A stretch of DNA of 59,088 bases, counting the filler, from Dimargaris cristalligena (lineage: Eukaryota): the NCBI GenBank assembly GCA_003614675.1. It is 2 parts of 2 records of this genome, joined end to end, with 100 filler letters (N's around TTAATTAATTAA, not from the genome) between each part and the next. Parts side by side here need not be neighbours in the genome. Positions count along the whole stretch, not along the records: positions 29,665 to 59,088 come from ML002483.1; 1 more part is not named here. One strand, given 5' to 3'. Positions within the stretch are counted from its first letter, which is position 1; every line of letters starts with the position of its first letter. Positions 35,001-48,300 of this stretch are shown one piece after another. A program made the position numbers and the translations under genes. Below the pieces are notes generated by a model. It was not told the origin of the DNA. It did not search any database and worked only from the letters and a program-made list of their open reading frames with translations.

Positions 35001-37855
35001 CGGCATGTCCTATGCCCGATTTGGGCGGCCGGCCTGCGGTGGAAGGGGGATGATATACTACTACCCTCCCCCCACTAGAGGACATTAATATATAAGTATA
35101 GGGCTCAAACCCTAAAACATCCGGAAATAAGACGCTATTGGCAAAAGTACAATCTACGAGGGGCACTGTTGCTTGACGAATACATTACCAAATTGACTGG
35201 GACGATGTGAAATCATTGGATAACTAAGGGAACGAAGTAAACGGGGGAGTATAGAATACAAATGGAAGCTTCCGAAGTATTCACCTCGGACGGGTATAGG
35301 TGGACTTACAACCACCAAGGGAGACCCCTACGGCAAATCGCAGTCGGCTGGTGGGGAGAACACGACTCCCACTAGATTTGCATGGTCAGCGGCACCATGC
35401 ATAACCCCCAAGGTCCTCTCTTCCGTCGTACAAAAATGGGTATCTTCTCTGAATTCCTCTTGGGTGGGATGGTGAACAGGTGTGTAAATCGGAGGAGTGG
35501 TCCAGAAATAACAGTGGATATAATGACCCATCTGGGTACACCAATCGGAATAGGCGGGAGGAGTACCTTGGGAATGATATTGTTGTAACCGAGCGGCTAC
35601 ATCCATTTGGTATTCTTGAAGCCCAGTGTAAGTAAAGCCAGTAGTGACATTTGGGATTGGGTGTTTAGGTGGGAAGGTCTGTCATGAAACAGTGGTTTAG
35701 CCGATTCCCATTGGCACTTCTACCTAAACATTCTCCACACCAGGTTTCCACACTCATTCGAGGACAAGCTTGACCGAGAAACACATACACGCACACACAT
35801 ACATACATACATCACCGGTGCAGACCGGCTTGTTATGGAACTAATTGTTCCCCAGGGATGGGCCCGTCTACAGCATGGCGTAGTCTTTCCACATTGGGCT
35901 CATTCTTACCTAGGAGAGGAAAGGGGGGGAGGAGATGCCTGTTGTCCGCGAAGGTACTCATTTTCACGTTCCCCCTTTTCACAGCTGCATGTTTATTTTA
36001 CAACAGGGGGATTGGCTGGATGGATCGGCGGACCGAACAAGACCGGTTTCCAGCGAATGGGATAGGATTTTAAATAGTAGATGAGGCCGAAATACCGGGG
36101 GGTTGGCCAGTTAAACCCTGCCAAGGCTCACGCCGCCATTGTGGCCTATCAAAACCTACCTAATTGTAGCAGGAATGCGTGTATATTATATATGCCATTG
36201 GATTTCTTTGGTGGTGGGGATTATATTAGATGAAATACGTGAGGTAATAGTAGTAGTAGTAGTTTAATATAATCCGCCCCCCCTCCAATTTATCTGCGCA
36301 TTCTCAAACATTGCATTATACGGCCGTAGAAAGAGCAACCCGGATAAAGTAGAGGACGGGAAGGGGGAGGAGTAACAAAGCCCCCTTTCCCAAAAGAGTA
36401 CCTCTACCGACAAATAGGACTCAGCAGAGACCCCGAATGGCCCCGCTTCCATTGAACCAGGGAAGACCAGCGAGTAGGGGCCGTATCCCCGATGATTCGC
36501 GTCATGGGGGACATTGTCGATTGGCCGCTTTACCAATAAAACCACTTGAATAACGGCGGCCATTTCCGGGATACTTCCATAGTACACTGTTAAACTGGGT
36601 GTGTATAATATACCTGTTTTTTTTTTCTCTCTCTGTTTTTTACCGCTACCCCGACGGCAGCTGACCTGGAGATTGGACTAATATATCTTTATCAACGGAG
36701 AACCATGTCTAATTAGGTGGTGGTCTGGTGAGCTGGCGGTTAGTTTGAAAGAGAGAGAGAGAGTCGTTGAAATGGGGGGCGTCACCGCAGGCTTGTTTTA
36801 TGTAGTGACCCTCCCCACCCACATACGAGATGTCTTTTAGTTTAGAGCGTGTAGGCCAGGAGGGATATGGGCAACAACAGCCCATTCCGTTCGGTTCACT
36901 TTGACGGTTTATAATATTATAATAGTTCCTTGAATGACTCAATAGCTCTCTCAGCTCAGTCGCGGTACTCCTCGGGTCGGGGTGGCTGATGAAAACAGCA
37001 AGAGGGAGAGAAAAGACCCTTCCCCAGCCCATTTGGGCATCGGGTAGCGGCAAATAGGCGGCGGACGAGGAGATCATACCCCGCCCAATCACGCCCAACG
37101 AGGGCTATAATCTAATACTAATTTACATTGCACATGGGCGCGGGTGTGAATAGGGAAAGAAGGAAAGCAATAATAGAGGAGTTGGCCTGTGGCTCAACCG
37201 CGCCCCTCCCACTTGGCTATTCCACAGTGCTCTTCCTTTTATATTAATCCCCCTTGTTATTATCGACCAAAGGGGAAAAGGTTGATGAGTACCTTGCAAG
37301 AGAAGAGAGGCAGGCGGCTGGAGAGACACATATAGAGAAGAAAAGCGAAGCGCTGCTGGGGCTGGTCTTTATAAAAAGGCACCACCAGTCCGCCTACCGA
37401 CCACACTTACCTTAACTACTCTCTCACATATATATCTAGCTGTCTTTCCTTATAATATACTGGCTATTGTTATTATAGTCCATCGCTGGATTAGTAATAT
37501 CAATTGATATCTTTTTTTTTCATTCTCTAGTCACAATCCCCCCCAGTTATACCAGTTTTGTAGCTGAGAGTGTGAATTATCGAACCCGCCAAACCAGTCT
37601 GTTGCTCCAACGGCCCGTGCTCGCTCCTCCTTCCATCTCGTCGAACTGAGCTTTATATAATACCCGCCTCTTTCTTACCGTACAAACCCCCTTTATTTGC
37701 TGTACGGATTCCCTTGTATTTTCCGCATGCGACATACCATCGCCCGCTCTTTTCTTTACAAATTCTGCCAGTGAGCCTACTTTGTGTGCCCATTTCCTTA
37801 CCCAGCCACACCAACTCTCTAACGAGCGCCCACATCGCTTTCCTCCGCCACAGCC

Positions 37856-39175
37856 ATGTCCCTTTGGTCGATAGTTTCCGCCACCTTCACAGCCGCCAGC
37901 CCCATGCGACGGTGGCTGGTGCTAGGCCTGGCTGGTGCATTGGTTCTACCGAATCCCCTGGCCGCTGCCCGCTCCCTCCCACAACAGCTAGTCCGTCGCC
38001 ATGGAGCGGACGAAATCGAAATGGGCGACTCGGACGACGCCGAGGCCCTTGCCGCCTGCTTCGCTACCGATGACCACCATGACTATAATGTGGGTCTCCA
38101 TGTGGCCGCCCTCTTCGTCATTTTTTTCTTCAGTTCCCTAGGTGCCCTCACTCCCATTCTCGCCAGCCGCTACCCGCGGCTGTCCATCCCCCCCGTCCTG
38201 CTCGAATGCGGCAAGTTCTTCGGCGCCGGCGTTATCCTGGCCACCAGTCTTATCCATATGTTACCGGGCGCCGTCAGCAACTTCAGCAGCCCGTGTGCGC
38301 CCGCAGTATTCAGTGAATACTCGGCCTTCCCCGGCTTATTCACCATGCTGGCCATCTTTTTGTTTCATCTCATGGAACACCTCCTGACGGGCCACTTCAT
38401 TTCGGAGAAAAATGCCCCCCGCTCCCACCACGATCATAGTCACCACCCCCAGGCCCACGATCACAGTGACGGTACGGTGGCTTACCAGCCGACCGAAGCG
38501 AATCTGCCAGGCGCCGCCCCCGCCTATTACCGTACGGCCGCCGCGGACTCCGATACCACCCCCTCCGATAGTGACATTGTGGGCGAATCGCCCAAACTAA
38601 CCCGGGAAGATACCAATGGCCACCAAGTTCTGGAACTCCACTCACAGCATACCCATGTACACGGTGGCGCCTTCTTCAGCGGCGCCGAAAACGAAACCCG
38701 GCGGTCCAGCACGTACATTCTCGAGGTGGGCATCGCCATGCACTCGGTCCTGATTGGTCTGGCCCTGGGTACGGCGAGCGGGACTGAATTCACCTCGCTG
38801 TTCATTGCCCTAGTAATTCACCAGTTCTTTGAGGGATTTGCCCTGGGTTCACGGTTAGCCGAACTGGTCTTCAAGCGGTCCGCGGTCCCTGTGGCCAGCG
38901 CCCTAATCTTCGCTATTACTACCCCCATTGGTGTGGCCATTGGCATGGGTGTCCACTCGTCCTACCAAGCCAACTCGCCCGCTAACCTTGTAACTCAGGG
39001 GGTGCTGGACTCGATTGCCGCCGGTATCTTGCTCTACTCCGCGCTGGTCAACCTCATCGCCCAGGAATTCTCCCAGGCCTCATTTTACCGTCAGTCCAAA
39101 GTTCGCCGCGCCCTCTTCTTTATCTCCATGTACACCGGCGCCGCCGTCATGGCCATCATTGGTATCTGGGCTTAA
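37856..39175 (+). CDS. ZIP-family zinc/iron permease (Zrt1-like), intronless, 439 aa
   Basis: KFFGAGVILATSLIHMLP, His-rich loop HHDHSHH, ILEVGIAMHSVLIG and HQFFEGFALG. Confidence 0.95.
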   Translation: MSLWSIVSATFTAASPMRRWLVLGLAGALVLPNPLAAARSLPQQLVRRHGADEIEMGDSDDAEALAACFATDDHHDYNVGLHVAALFVIFFFSSLGALTPILASRYPRLSIPPVLLECGKFFGAGVILATSLIHMLPGAVSNFSSPCAPAVFSEYSAFPGLFTMLAIFLFHLMEHLLTGHFISEKNAPRSHHDHSHHPQAHDHSDGTVAYQPTEANLPGAAPAYYRTAAADSDTTPSDSDIVGESPKLTREDTNGHQVLELHSQHTHVHGGAFFSGAENETRRSSTYILEVGIAMHSVLIGLALGTASGTEFTSLFIALVIHQFFEGFALGSRLAELVFKRSAVPVASALIFAITTPIGVAIGMGVHSSYQANSPANLVTQGVLDSIAAGILLYSALVNLIAQEFSQASFYRQSKVRRALFFISMYTGAAVMAIIGIWA

Positions 39176-40966
39176 GCACATTGGCTACTGGGTGGTACTA
39201 ATTCCTCCCTCCCCTTTTCTAAATAGTATTTCGGTATTTCTCTTTCAATTATTAATATACGTTCTATCTTTATTTATTATTGTTTCCTTTTCAGTCCATC
39301 AGCACTCGGTGCTCTTTCTACGGTCCCTTGTGGGGCCACTACTATCAATCGTCATTATTTCCGGGTCTCATTCGATTTGTGTACCCCGGTATTATCTCTT
39401 TGCTTAGAGGGGTGTTCTGTAGGGTTTGTAATATAATTCTACCAACCGTGGAGTCGTGTTGGCAGTTTCGTCTACTTGCATGCGCTATATGGCTTAGATT
39501 ATTTAGTAACTCTTTCTATCATCGCTATTAGTTCATTTGTGCATTTGTCTCTCTTATTTCATGCACCATTTATATATATATATATATATATGTTTATATA
39601 ATTGGGTTCCAGCGGAAATTAAAATAATATTCTAAATTCAAATATGGGCAATGGTGTCCATTCATGTAAACGTTTTCTCCCAATTATTTAACCCGGACTT
39701 GTGTCAGTCTTTGGGGGGAGTATCGACGAGGGGGGTTTCCTTCACCGGTGGCTAATTTTATTTATACTTAGCACTGGCATATTTATAGATCTATTCGGAT
39801 GTTCTCTTTATTTTCGGGATCAGCTTCGCGTGATTCAGCCGCCATTGGGAAGCATCCCAATTGTTATTTTATTTTGCGTGCGTATCACATCACTTCACCC
39901 ATCAATGACAATAGCCAGAAAAGGGCGATGTTGTGAAAATACCAAGCTGGTCCTAATTCGGAGCGCACCGGGCAGTCGCCCTCATGGGGTTTAGAACCTC
40001 CCCGTTGTTTCCGCCGAAAAGGGTGGCTTTGTTTCATAACAATAATATAACCAAAAATATCCTCGGAAAGGCTAGCGTATCGCATTTCCGACTTCTATGA
40101 GAAGCATGGCCTACTTCCCAGGCAAACAAGTAGCGCCAATTCCGCAGGTCTCTTGGTATTTAGGGCATCCTTGAGTGGGTTCGATATTCCCCCCATTCCA
40201 CCTCATCCGGCCATTAAGGATGTCGCATAACCGCTTGCACGGAATGTTTAACTCCAACTAAATAATTTATTCACCAATACGCTCGTCATTTATATCCACG
40301 AGTAATAAAAACATAGACATAGTGTGGTAGGAACCATATCGCAGGTATACTTCGGTAATTGACCAAAAGGGCCGATTGGGTTTATGGAAGTTGCCGGAAT
40401 GACGAAACTACGGCGGTGGCTCTCCGCGCGAAAGATGACGCATTACACTAACCGTCTAGATAATTTAATGCGACCGGTATGGAAAAGTTAATAATCGATG
40501 AAATCTGTGCAACGATGGATTTTTACTGACGGTTACTTCTAACCAGTGGGACATGGCATGTATTCCTTCACTGACGTCTCCTGTAGCTCACACAGCACCC
40601 GCAATGTACCTCTGTGCCACCAGGGGGGCGGACTGACGTAGCGGGATTACCGTGATCTCAGCATAATTAGACGGAGCGAGTGAGACTTAATAGATCCAGA
40701 ATGCGACCATCAGAATTTATGGACCTTTTTAATCACAGGGGACTCTTTTCCCTGTGTTTATTTAGGCCACTTAAGGATGTGGTGAGAAGCACTAAACCAG
40801 GACTGCCTTTAAATATTACCCCTTTCCCTCCCCATTATCGCAGCGACCTTCACCCAGTTAATCCTCCTTTTAACCCTATCAATTCCACGCACTTTCTATT
40901 CGTTTTTTAAACCAGACGTCTCCGTTACATTATTCTTCGCATTTCCTCTTCCCCTTTTCCGAAGCC

Positions 40967-42953
40967 ATGGCTCCGCAACTCGGTAAGGCTCATTCTCTGC
41001 TCACCTTCGCTGGCCGACAAACATAACTAATCTTCCACGCTTTGGCAATGTTCTTTTTGGCCCCTGCAAGACGTGTCCATTCACTTGGGTCCCAGCGCCT
41101 ACCCATCCAATGCTGGGCAATCGGTGCCCCCGAACTTTCCAACCGGGGTCGTTGGGGAAAAAGAGATGCGCTAGGCCCTTCGGATTCGCCTTAAATTTTG
41201 GATACCGGAATTCATTTAATAGCCTATTCGACTACTACTCTCTCTTTTCCCCCTCATGAAAAGTGCCCCATGGCCCAAAAAAACCTTATTTCATAACCGA
41301 CTAACCAATTTATTTATTTATTTTGGACGGGGATAACCACACTGTTTACCATTCCAATATGCTGCCTAGATTATGACGCCGTCCTGCTGGACATTGAAGG
41401 AACCACCACCCCCATTAGCTTCGTTCACGACGTGCTCTTCCCTTACGTTTTGGATAACGCCCAGAAGTTCTTGGAAACGCGCTGGGCATCGGATGAGCTG
41501 CAGCCCTATCTGGAGGGTCTTAAAATACAAGTAAGTGTCGCTATACTATTGTCCGGACAGCCGGTGATTCGAACCATGAAAAACTAGGCCCTTTACTCCG
41601 AGCTTTTTGTGGGCTTATTATCCCCATCTGATATGGATGATACTGACCCACTTCTAACCAACCCATATTTACGCACTGAAATCGAACGCTTATTTTATCG
41701 GCGCCTTCCCCATTGCTAGGCGGATCTCGACCGCGAACAAGGTCTAGCCCAGACCCCCTCGATCCCTGACTTGAAGTCCGACAGGTAAGCTTGCAGTATA
41801 GACCCTTGCCTCGACCGACCTCTCCCTAGGTGATCTTCTGATCCTCTACTATATAGTGGTTCTGATCTCCTGAACTTCCTTGTACTCACCCATTGCTCGT
41901 AACCCCCCCCCCTCCTCCCAAATTTTGGTAAAATCGGTATTGCTTATTGAATATATCAACCAGTGTATCGAAAGAGGACAAGATCGAGGCGATTATCGCC
42001 AATATCCGCTTCCAAGTGAGTATTGATCGAAAGATTAAGGCCTTGAAGGACTTCCAGGGCTACATGTGGAATGTCGGTTACGCCGACGGCGAACTTAAAT
42101 CAATGTAAGCGTTTGAAAATAATAATAATAATAATAGAAATTAAGTGTAATCCACCTTTCATCACCAGGTACTGAGCCGGAAGGGCTGCGCAGAAACTAG
42201 CCTTTCCGTGGTTGCTTACCCTATGCTCTAAAGATTCAACGTGATCGCTGAATCCACTCACTCACATTGGATACGCTGCCTAATTTGACTGAATGCCTCA
42301 CCCTTCCCCCTTTTTAAATCTGCGCCGACACCCCCGGTTATTTCGGCTATAGCATGTACGACGACGTGATTGACGCTATGCAGCGCTGGAAGGAACTCGG
42401 GAAACCCGTCTACATTTATTCCTCGGGGAGTATCGCTGCCCAGAAGCTACTCTTCAGATACACTAATAAGGGGGATCTGACGCCCGGTCTGCAAGGATAT
42501 TATGACACCACCAGCGGCTCTAAACTGAGTCCCGAGAGCTATGCCGCCATTACAACCGACATGGGCTTTGCTCCTTCCCGCGTCCTATTTGTCACCGATA
42601 ACCCCAAAGGTACGCCTAGCCTAATCTATTACTTATTACACCCATGGATATGTAATCTGACCGATGGAATTGGGCATCCCCAATATGCTTATTATGAGAT
42701 GACCCATATTGGCATTGTAGGGAAATATAGCATCCGAAGTTACGCTTATTCACCCGTGGACTAACCGTGGTACATTGTGAACCTCCTACCATGTAATTGA
42801 TGCGATCTTTACGCGAACACAGAAGTGCAGGCCGCTCGTTCAGCTGGCTTACAAACCGCGGCCTCCGTGCGCCCCGGCAACCCTGCGCTGCCCGCGGAGA
42901 TGACTGATGACCCCCAACAGCTCATTATCCAATCATTTGCCTCTCTTTTTTAA
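40967..42953 (+). CDS. UTR4: Enolase-phosphatase E1 (methionine salvage, HAD family), multi-exon
   Basis: MAPQL|DYDAVLLDIEGTTTPISFVHDVLFPY; DRKIKALKDFQGYMW; VYIYSSGSIAAQKLLF; LFVTDN; EVQAARSAG...VRPGNPAL. Stop TAA at 42951-42953. Confidence 0.93.
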
Positions 42954-42958
42954 CCGCT

Positions 42959-43092
42959 ATATGGGTGAAATTCAAGCCAGCTGTATGCCATTTTACATGA
43001 TTTGTGTATGGGAGAGTAACCATTTTAACCAGTAATGTTGGCCCCATCTAATGGATTTTTCGTTATACAGCTTGGATGAACTTCTCCCATAT
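42959..43092. mobile_element. MITE-like element (134 bp), 5 nt after the UTR4 stop codon
   Basis: ATATGGGTGAAATTCAAGCCAGCTGTAT...ATACAGCTTGGATGAACTTCTCCCATAT. Confidence 0.78.
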
Positions 43093-44096
43093 TGAACATG
43101 GACGCTTCTTCATCCCCTGGGCTAACATAGCATCCCTTTTAGAAATTCGCGGTAGCATGTAGGGGTTTTAACTTATAAATAAAGCGCATTGGTCAGCCGT
43201 ATTGGCTAACTGACAATAGACTGATCTCCGAGTTAATCAGCGGCCTCCAAAGGAGGGAGGCTGGGTGTGATTGGCCTTTTGGCAAAACATTAGTGGGGTT
43301 GGGGAATGGAAGGAATAAAAATAGTCTGCTTATCTTTAGGCGATTTATCACTAGGGGTTATAGTTAGTCATCCGCCTAATTGATCACGTGACCACAGTAG
43401 TTTCTGGAACCGGTTGTTCTAGTACCTCTCAAGTGGTTAATAATAAGTGGGTTTGTAATCTTGGTGGCCATTGGCTGAGTGGGGGCGGGGCGAGCGATTA
43501 GTAAGATGAGGTGAAGTGGGGATTTAGGTGGTTGGACCCGATGGCTGACAGGAAGTACAAGTCCGTTACTATACAGAGCGACAGAAATGCCACAGATGTT
43601 TAGTAATTTACATTTGACACTTCTCCTCTTTACCCAGGGTTTACAAACATGTAGTATATCTGTCCTGAATAGAAAAGTCCCTTATTACGGTCTAAAAGTA
43701 TAAATACCCTAACTCCGGCCCTTTTATAGAAAACGTATCATTCGAAAAACCAACTGTTCTTTCTCTTGACTACACCTTTACCAAAGTATCTCCTACCCTA
43801 CCAAGTTTCCCTATTATCGTTTATTATAACCGATCAACGCTTTCCTTTAAATACCACCGGTATTTCCTCTTTTAACATTCTATTATCACTCTACTAAGCC
43901 CAAGCCAATCCTGCCAATTCCTTTCCGCCGCTTTGTGAGGTAAATTTCATTTTACTTACATATTAACTTACCTTACGTTCCTGCAATGATGCTATGCGGA
44001 ACCATTTTCCAGTTTTCCCTCGGAGTCTTATTCCTTGCTGCCTTTTATACCTTTGTGATATCGGCCTCCCCGCCCCCCTTCTCCTACCCCTTGGTT

Positions 44097-45320
44097 ATGC
44101 TGGTGACTCGCCCGGTTCTTCGCCTGCTTCGTCCTCTCCACCACCGTCTCGTCCACCATTTCGGTCCACTGTGGCCCTCTTTCTTGTCGCCGTCGTCCTC
44201 CACCGGGTCCACAACTACAACTACCGCCCCTATCACCCCGCAGCCTAACAGCACTCCCATTTCCACACCTAACCTCGCCCACCCCCAACAACCCTTCAGC
44301 ACCATGCCCGCCCAGTCCTTCCAAATTGCCAAGCGCCCCAGCAGCGAACGTGGCCATGCCGACCACGGCTGGTTGAACACCTACCACACCTTCAGCTTCG
44401 CCGACTACTACGACCCCAAGTATCAGGAGTTCGGCGCCCTGCGTGTCCTGAACGAAGACCGCGTCAAAGCCCGTAAGTATTCGGATGGCATTATAGTATA
44501 GATGGGGTGCCGAAGAGAGATAGGGGCCTGGGGCCTCCTACTTACTATACCGACGAGTACCCTTTTGATCAATAATAGCCCTCCTTTCATACGCAGTTGA
44601 CTAACCCTCCCTCGGTATATATTTGCCCTTCTACTTCCGTGGTATCTACCATTCCCCCAATTAGGCCGTGGTTTCGGAACCCATCCCCACCGTCAATACG
44701 AGATCTTTTCGTATATCATCTCGGGCGAGCTCGAGCACAAGGACTCCATGGGCAACATCGAGGTCCTCCAACGCGGCGACGTGCAATTCACCACGGCCGG
44801 CACGGGCATTTCCCACAGCGAGAAGAACGAGCACCCCAGCAAACCAGTGCACTTTTTGCAAATCTGGACCAAACCGGAAAACAGTTACCTAGAACCCGGC
44901 TACGTGACCCGCCGATTCCAGGAGGCCGATAAGCGTAACCGCCTCCAGCCGTTTGTGTCGCCGTACCAGGATGTGGTCAACGCCCTTACCACCGCCGAGA
45001 CCCCCACGGTGTTGCCCGATACCATTGGTATCCACACGGACCTCTACGCCTATTCCAGTATCCTGGAACCCGGTCAGACGGTAGTCCATCAGGTGGTCAA
45101 ATCCCAAACCCCGGGATCGGCGACGCGGGCCCGGCGGGTGTACCTGCACGTCATTGATAAAGCCGGGAGCTTGGACGTGGCCGATGGGCAATCGGAGACT
45201 ACTACCCGTTTGGACAAGGGTGACGGCGCGTTCATTACCGAAGTGAAGCCCTCCGGTACGATTGAACTGGCCAACCCTAGTGACAAGCCGGTCGAATTTA
45301 TCCTGTTCGACCTGGCGTAA
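44097..45320 (+). CDS. Pirin-family bicupin (YhhW-like), 2 exons
   Basis: [24 protein letters not shown]...[19 protein letters not shown]...[34 protein letters not shown]. Intron 44473-44664. Alternative starts at 43986, 44097 and 44304. Confidence 0.92.
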
Positions 45321-48300
45321 AGTCACCACCGGTCACGGAACACCTTGATCCCCTTCCCTCCCCATTCTTAACTACCGTGTACTGGGAAGCACCAGTTACA
45401 CAGTTCTATACCTAACCCGCCTTTCCTCCTTTACCTTTTTCCTGGTCTATTGTAGCCAACGGCAACGGCAAGATGGATCATTATTATATAGCAAGTTACC
45501 GACTTGACTGCTTTTTTCGTCGTTGGGCATCCACTAGTTCATTTATGCGTATCCCCAATTTTCTTTTTTAAAAAAAGGGGACTTTGAGTGCACCCGCCGC
45601 TGTAATCAGTTTCATGTTTCATGATCTGCCCACTTGCGCTGCACTGCTGCAGCCCCGTACAGTCATTGGCGGTGTACCTTTCTTTTCACCATTGTAGCTG
45701 ATTTCTGTACTTTTATTATTCCTGTTTTTATAAATATATGTATATATATAAACTAGCACCTGTGTTAAAAAACCTCCATCAGTTGACGGATGCTTGACTA
45801 CTGGCCTGTGACCTGAAACGCATAAGAATGGGTATAGAAAGAGAAGATGGGCCTTATGTAAATAAAAAAAAACCACCCCGGAATGTACATGTACGGCGGG
45901 ATGTCTTCTGGTTTTGTGACATTCCCCTGAAACTGGGTTGTGAATACATACGCCAAGCGCACATTTATTTTGAGCGGTAGTGTGTTGTATTCGGATTTAG
46001 CTGCGACTTGGCTGCTACATTTATTTGCAAATGATTGTGATAATAATAGACACCGCTGCTGCTGCTGCTGTTACTGTTACTGTTACTGTTACTGTTGCTG
46101 TTGCTGAACGGTAAGGGAAGCGGGAGATTGGTGTGGTGACACGCCTCCCTTTTTTTTCTTTTATACCACTTACCTCCCCACTTGGCATTTGGTCCTGACT
46201 GTCCCCAAAGGCCCAGGGACTGGGGAAAGGGGCACTGAAACTGTTGTTCTAACATTGGGGTCACGCAGTGATGATGTCCATGAAGGACAAATAAGATGAA
46301 GAAAAACACAGAGAACACTTGGGCCCCACAGCATTGTTTTGCTATTATCGTTGAGTTAATGGTCGCAGGCATTGTTGTTGTGGACCGGCCACTAATGGAG
46401 ATGATGCGAGTGCTTTATAATAATAATATGGAATCGGCCAGACCGCCGTTGCCTCACATGCACACATTAAGAAATTATAACCAGGCCATACGGGAGATTT
46501 CCAGGCAGAATTGGCATTTTGTTGTTTCAATTTTCGTGACTCGATACAAAGTGTTTAGAAAAAAAGATTCACCTCTAAACTGCACCAATAGCCAGTGGGC
46601 TTTCCTCTTCCCCTCTTCCCTCTAAGGTTGGGTGTGGTAGAGAAGTCACACTGGTCGGGTAACGCTGCTAGCCTCAACTACCCCTCCCCCACTTCTCCGC
46701 TTGAATATCTATTATTTTCACATCTCCTGCTTTTAATTTAATCTACGCGGGCTGGGTCTGGGGTTATAAACATCCGGAGTTAATGACTATTATTATTTTT
46801 TGCGGTTCCTTTGTTGGGGGGAATCCTTGTCACGAATCAACCGTTGCCAAAGATAGGTCCGACCACCGTGGGTACCCCCGCTGAGGAATCCCAGGATAGT
46901 GGTTGTGACGCGGGGCCAGGCAATAAATCGAGTGAAAATTGAGAAGCAGAAGCCGGACAGTGTAGCAATTATAGTCAGAAAGGCACGGCTGAAAGAGAGG
47001 GGAGGTGTGTGTGTGTGTGTATGGGGTGAGAGTTGGAGTGAGAATGAGTGGGGAAGTGGGTAGTAAACAACCGAGGGAAAGCGGGGCCATATCGGGGGTT
47101 AATAGATATCGTGGATACTGAAGGACGAAGTTCGTGGGTAATTTGCCGCGGCCATTGTCGGGTAGAACGGGGAAGAAGGGCTGTCCAAGTAAAACAACGT
47201 ATAGTAACATTCGACCAACTTATTTATTTATTTTTTAAAAAAATAGGCAAAAATCGATATTACGTATAATAATCATAGCTGCGGGCAGAGTAGATATTTA
47301 TTAAGGAATCGGAAAAGATGTACTGTTGGCATTTTCCTGATACACGCGACCTGGTCAAGTGAGCCTACGGGATCCTCATTCTATCCCGGCATTGGGCTAT
47401 TTTGGGCCTGCACCCGTGGCCAAGGTGGTAGGAAGGAAAAGGGGATGGTGATGTGAGGGGGAGGGGGGTCCCGGGATTTCAAGGTCCGCAAATGAAATTT
47501 GTTCCATACAAAAGCCCCAGACCCCAATTTGAATTAAGCCACCTTAAAGAAGCGCCGGTATAAAAGCTGCTAGATATCGCCGATATTGTAGAGATGGGGA
47601 AATGAACGGCAGTGAAGTTACGCCTAGGGAGCTGAACAGAAAAACCACGGGAGGTCGAGCTACAGGTTAGCAGTGTATAAAATGGGCCCGGGACCGGGTA
47701 TTCTCGATTAGTAGTAGCCATGCTATGCCGGGTCTCTGAATGTGAGAAATATTAATATAAAAAGAGAAAAGGTTCGACCCGGCAGTTGATATCTGCGGAA
47801 TAGGTTAACACAGTGGCGGTACCGGCAGCGGTGGAAGGGATTGAGCAGTTGATACTGCAATTGTTCGGATGACCAGGGATGCTGGGCCGAAAACCAGGCA
47901 TTTCATAACAATTTTTGATATATATTTATTTATACATGTAAAAATGAAAACTCAGTATATAAAGAATGCCCACACGTTAAAAGAGAGAGAGAGAGAGAAC
48001 TAGGTCGGGAACGAAAACGAGAGAGGTGGCTTGCATGACCAGCCCAAATCAATGATAACCCCAAGTGGTATAATTAAATCGTATGTATGGCAGTTGCTGC
48101 GACGGGCACATATACAAGTAGGATCGGATGATATATGGCAGTTCGGTTAGACCCAGGAAATTCATCACATTATGCCATATATAACTGTAGCTATAAATAT
48201 ATCCAAGTAGTATGATTGCCATGCCTACAATAGAGGAAATCGGGGGTATTCATGGCGGAAGTGTTCCCCCACCCCCACTTTTAGCCGATGGACCGGGTTC

